Notes under the pieces: generated by a model
Told to the model about the DNA's origin: nothing
The model's input: the letters and a program-made list of their open reading frames with translations, nothing else
Database searches by the model: none
Made by a program: the position numbers and the translations under genes
DNA from: a virus
Taxonomy: Duplodnaviria > Heunggongvirae > Uroviricota > Caudoviricetes
DNA length: 7,411 nucleotides
IMG/VR virus record: IMGVR_UViG_2698536341_000008
Direction: 5' to 3' (one strand)
Shown: in pieces, positions 5,998 through 7,411 of the stretch
Layout: each line of letters opens with the position of its first letter
How positions within the stretch are numbered: the stretch's first letter is position 1

Positions 5998-7154
5998 ATA
6001 GTTTAACGGCAAATAACCGTTTGTCGCAACAGCTGGTGGTCAGCGTCGCTGAACACCTGTTGTTACGGCATGAATGCAGATTACCAAATCACCTGGCTGT
6101 AAGTAACCACAGAGAACTTTACCTGACTGTGGGGGGCGAGTTGTGCAGGAACTTAACCGCTGGTTTCGTGACGGAAGAGGGCTTTATGTCCATGTTATTC
6201 GTTGGGAGCCAGAAACACAGCGCGTTATCTATCTTCGCAAAGACTACCCGCATGAGTGCTTTAGTCCTTTGTGGAAATTCAGGCGTGATTTTGTTGAGTG
6301 TGAAGGACCACCAGCATATTGATTCTGCAATTCCGGGACGTTACACTGCTCAGGCACCTTATAAAGCGGGTGCCGGGATTGGCGTCCTGAAATTGTCAAC
6401 GGCGATGTATGACGCGCCAGCGTCTTTTTTATCGTCCGCATTTGCTCACATCCAGATTATGGTGGGCTGGGCGGGGGCACCGAAAGGTGCGCCGGTCTCC
6501 GTTGACGCCGGTTACGCCAACCCCGTCCAGTTCACCACCAGTGAAATTGGCGTTTCCGGTGGTGGAAGTTTTTCACTGTCAACGGAGGCTGCCATCATGG
6601 CTACGATCCCAGCCCTCACTCAACCTGAAATCACCATTGACAACGGCCAGGCCGTTACCACTTCTTTGGCTGTTGCCAACTTCTTCTCCAAGCGTCACGA
6701 CGATGTGCTGAAAAAGATCCGCACTCTGGATTGTTCCCCAGAGTTTTGTGCCCGCAATTTTGCGGAGACATCGATTTCGGTAAATCAACCGAACGGTGGT
6801 ACACGCAAGCTCCCTTGCTATCAAATCACACGAGACGGTTTTGCGTTTCTTGCTATGGGTTTCACGGGTAAACGTGCTGCCCGGTTCAAAGAGGCATACA
6901 TAAATGCCTTTAACCAGATGGAGAAACAGCTTTCAAAGCCCGCTGTACCGAGCGACGTTGCACATAACGCCAGCGTTCTCTGTTCCTACATTTCATCAAT
7001 TCATCAGGTCTGGCTGCAGCAGCTTTATCCTATGTTGGCAAAAGCCGAATCTCCGCTGGCTGTTAGCTTATATGACTATATTAATGATGCTTCGGCGCTG
7101 GCCTGTCTCATAAATTTGTCGCTGAACCCTTCAGAGGTAAGGGGGCGCAAATGA
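5994..7154 (+). CDS. Rha-family phage regulatory protein (Rha domain in residues ~202-310) with an unusual ~200-aa N-terminal extension; alternative start at ATG 6597 would give a 186-aa Rha-only protein
   Basis: Rha signature as I recall it: TQPEITIDNGQAVTTSLAVANFFSKRHDDVLKKIRTLDCSPEF...YQITRDGFAFLAMGFTGKRAARFKEAYINAFNQME. ATG 5994 overlaps the upstream stop (ATGA). Frame 0 stays open with strong G-first periodicity over 6323-6596. A near-perfect internal RBS (GGAGG 6584-6588, 8-nt spacer) precedes Met-202 exactly at the Rha domain start. Confidence 0.6.
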   Translation: MNSLTANNRLSQQLVVSVAEHLLLRHECRLPNHLAVSNHRELYLTVGGELCRNLTAGFVTEEGFMSMLFVGSQKHSALSIFAKTTRMSALVLCGNSGVILLSVKDHQHIDSAIPGRYTAQAPYKAGAGIGVLKLSTAMYDAPASFLSSAFAHIQIMVGWAGAPKGAPVSVDAGYANPVQFTTSEIGVSGGGSFSLSTEAAIMATIPALTQPEITIDNGQAVTTSLAVANFFSKRHDDVLKKIRTLDCSPEFCARNFAETSISVNQPNGGTRKLPCYQITRDGFAFLAMGFTGKRAARFKEAYINAFNQMEKQLSKPAVPSDVAHNASVLCSYISSIHQVWLQQLYPMLAKAESPLAVSLYDYINDASALACLINLSLNPSEVRGRK

Positions 7155-7375
7155 TCCGGAATATTTTCAAACGGTTTACCAATCATACTTTCCGTTGTCC
7201 TCGTCCGGGTCAGTGGTACACCACGCCTGCTGGGCATGTTCTACGTGTTAGCCTGGTTGACCGTGAATGTCAGAAGGTGGTTTGTGAACCGCTGGGCCGT
7301 AATTACCGCGTCAGTATGCCGCTTATAGCCTTTTGCTCCGGAAAAATGTTTAAGCGTCTGGGAGGTGTGGCGTGA
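7151..7375 (+). CDS. Hypothetical protein, 74 aa, translationally coupled to the Rha-domain gene
   Basis: ATG 7151 overlaps the upstream TGA (ATGA); AGGGGG 5 nt upstream; no recognisable domain (MIRNIFKRFTNHTFRCPRPGQWYTTPAGHVLRVSLVDRECQKVVCEPLGRNYRVSMPL...). Confidence 0.5.
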   Translation: MIRNIFKRFTNHTFRCPRPGQWYTTPAGHVLRVSLVDRECQKVVCEPLGRNYRVSMPLIAFCSGKMFKRLGGVA

Positions 7376-7411
7376 ACTGTTTTCAGTTTGTGTGCGGATG
7401 TGCTTTCGATA
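7372..7411 (+). CDS. 5' end of a downstream gene truncated by the window edge (GTG start; N-terminus VNCFQFVCGCAFD...)
   Basis: GGAGG at 7361-7365 with a 6-nt spacer before GTG 7372, which overlaps the upstream stop (GTGA); open to the end of the window. Only 13 codons visible. Confidence 0.35.
   Translation, partial: MNCFQFVCGCAFD

Noticed and set aside
6032-6039. Chi site GCTGGTGG on the plus strand (reverse-orientation copy at 6308-6315)
   Set aside because: Chi octamers occur frequently in enterobacterial DNA; two copies in 7.4 kb is not clearly significant.
6107-6322. Alternative-frame ORF (VQELNRWFRDGRGLYVHVIRWEPETQRVIYLRKDYPHECFSPLWKFRRDFVECEGPPAY) and a possible -1 frameshift at the G6 run 6131-6136
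   Set aside because: Frame 0 stays open through the region and shows strong coding periodicity downstream; a 60-70-codon open alternative frame inside a 386-codon gene is not unusual. The G6 homopolymer is still a potential slippage or sequencing-error site.
6411-6430. Terminator-like hairpin GACGC-GCCA-GCGTC plus T6 inside the 5994..7154 ORF
   Set aside because: Stem is only 5 bp and the sequence is read in frame as coding (DAPASFLS); likely coincidental, at most a weak internal attenuator.
5199-7113. Other track ORFs in the rightward operon (5199..5399 -, 6244..6441 -, 6409..6711 +, 6579..6824 -, 6904..7113 +)
   Set aside because: Antisense or out-of-frame overlaps with the cro-like and Rha-domain genes; Pro/Ser/Arg-rich translations typical of off-frame reading.
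1-7411. CRISPR arrays, tRNA/tmRNA, rRNA, IS elements, retron (msr/msd plus RT), integrase
   Set aside because: No regularly spaced direct repeats, no tRNA T-arm motifs, no terminal inverted repeats flanking a transposase, and no reverse-transcriptase or tyrosine-recombinase-sized ORF in the window.

Overview
This window reads as the early/immunity region of a mosaic lambdoid prophage in an enterobacterial genome; all calls are from reading the sequence and recalled protein families, with no searches run. The centre is a divergent cI-like repressor (4397..5089, -) and cro-like gene (5187..5447, +) around a 97-bp operator/promoter region. Leftward (minus strand) lie a pL-like promoter with two operator copies, a ~600-nt ORF-poor, hairpin-rich leader ending in a terminator, then a 120-aa protein, a DUF2303/YfdQ-like protein, an HD-domain phosphohydrolase, a very AT-rich four-helix membrane protein and an excisionase-like gene closed by a bidirectional terminator. 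Rightward is a translationally coupled operon: a CII-position regulator, a 386-aa ORF carrying a Rha domain, a 74-aa ORF and the start of another gene. No integrase, rRNA, tRNA, CRISPR array or IS element is visible. The most unusual element is the structured leader with a terminator ahead of the first early-left gene and no N-like ORF, which may indicate an RNA-based or otherwise uncharacterised antitermination element.
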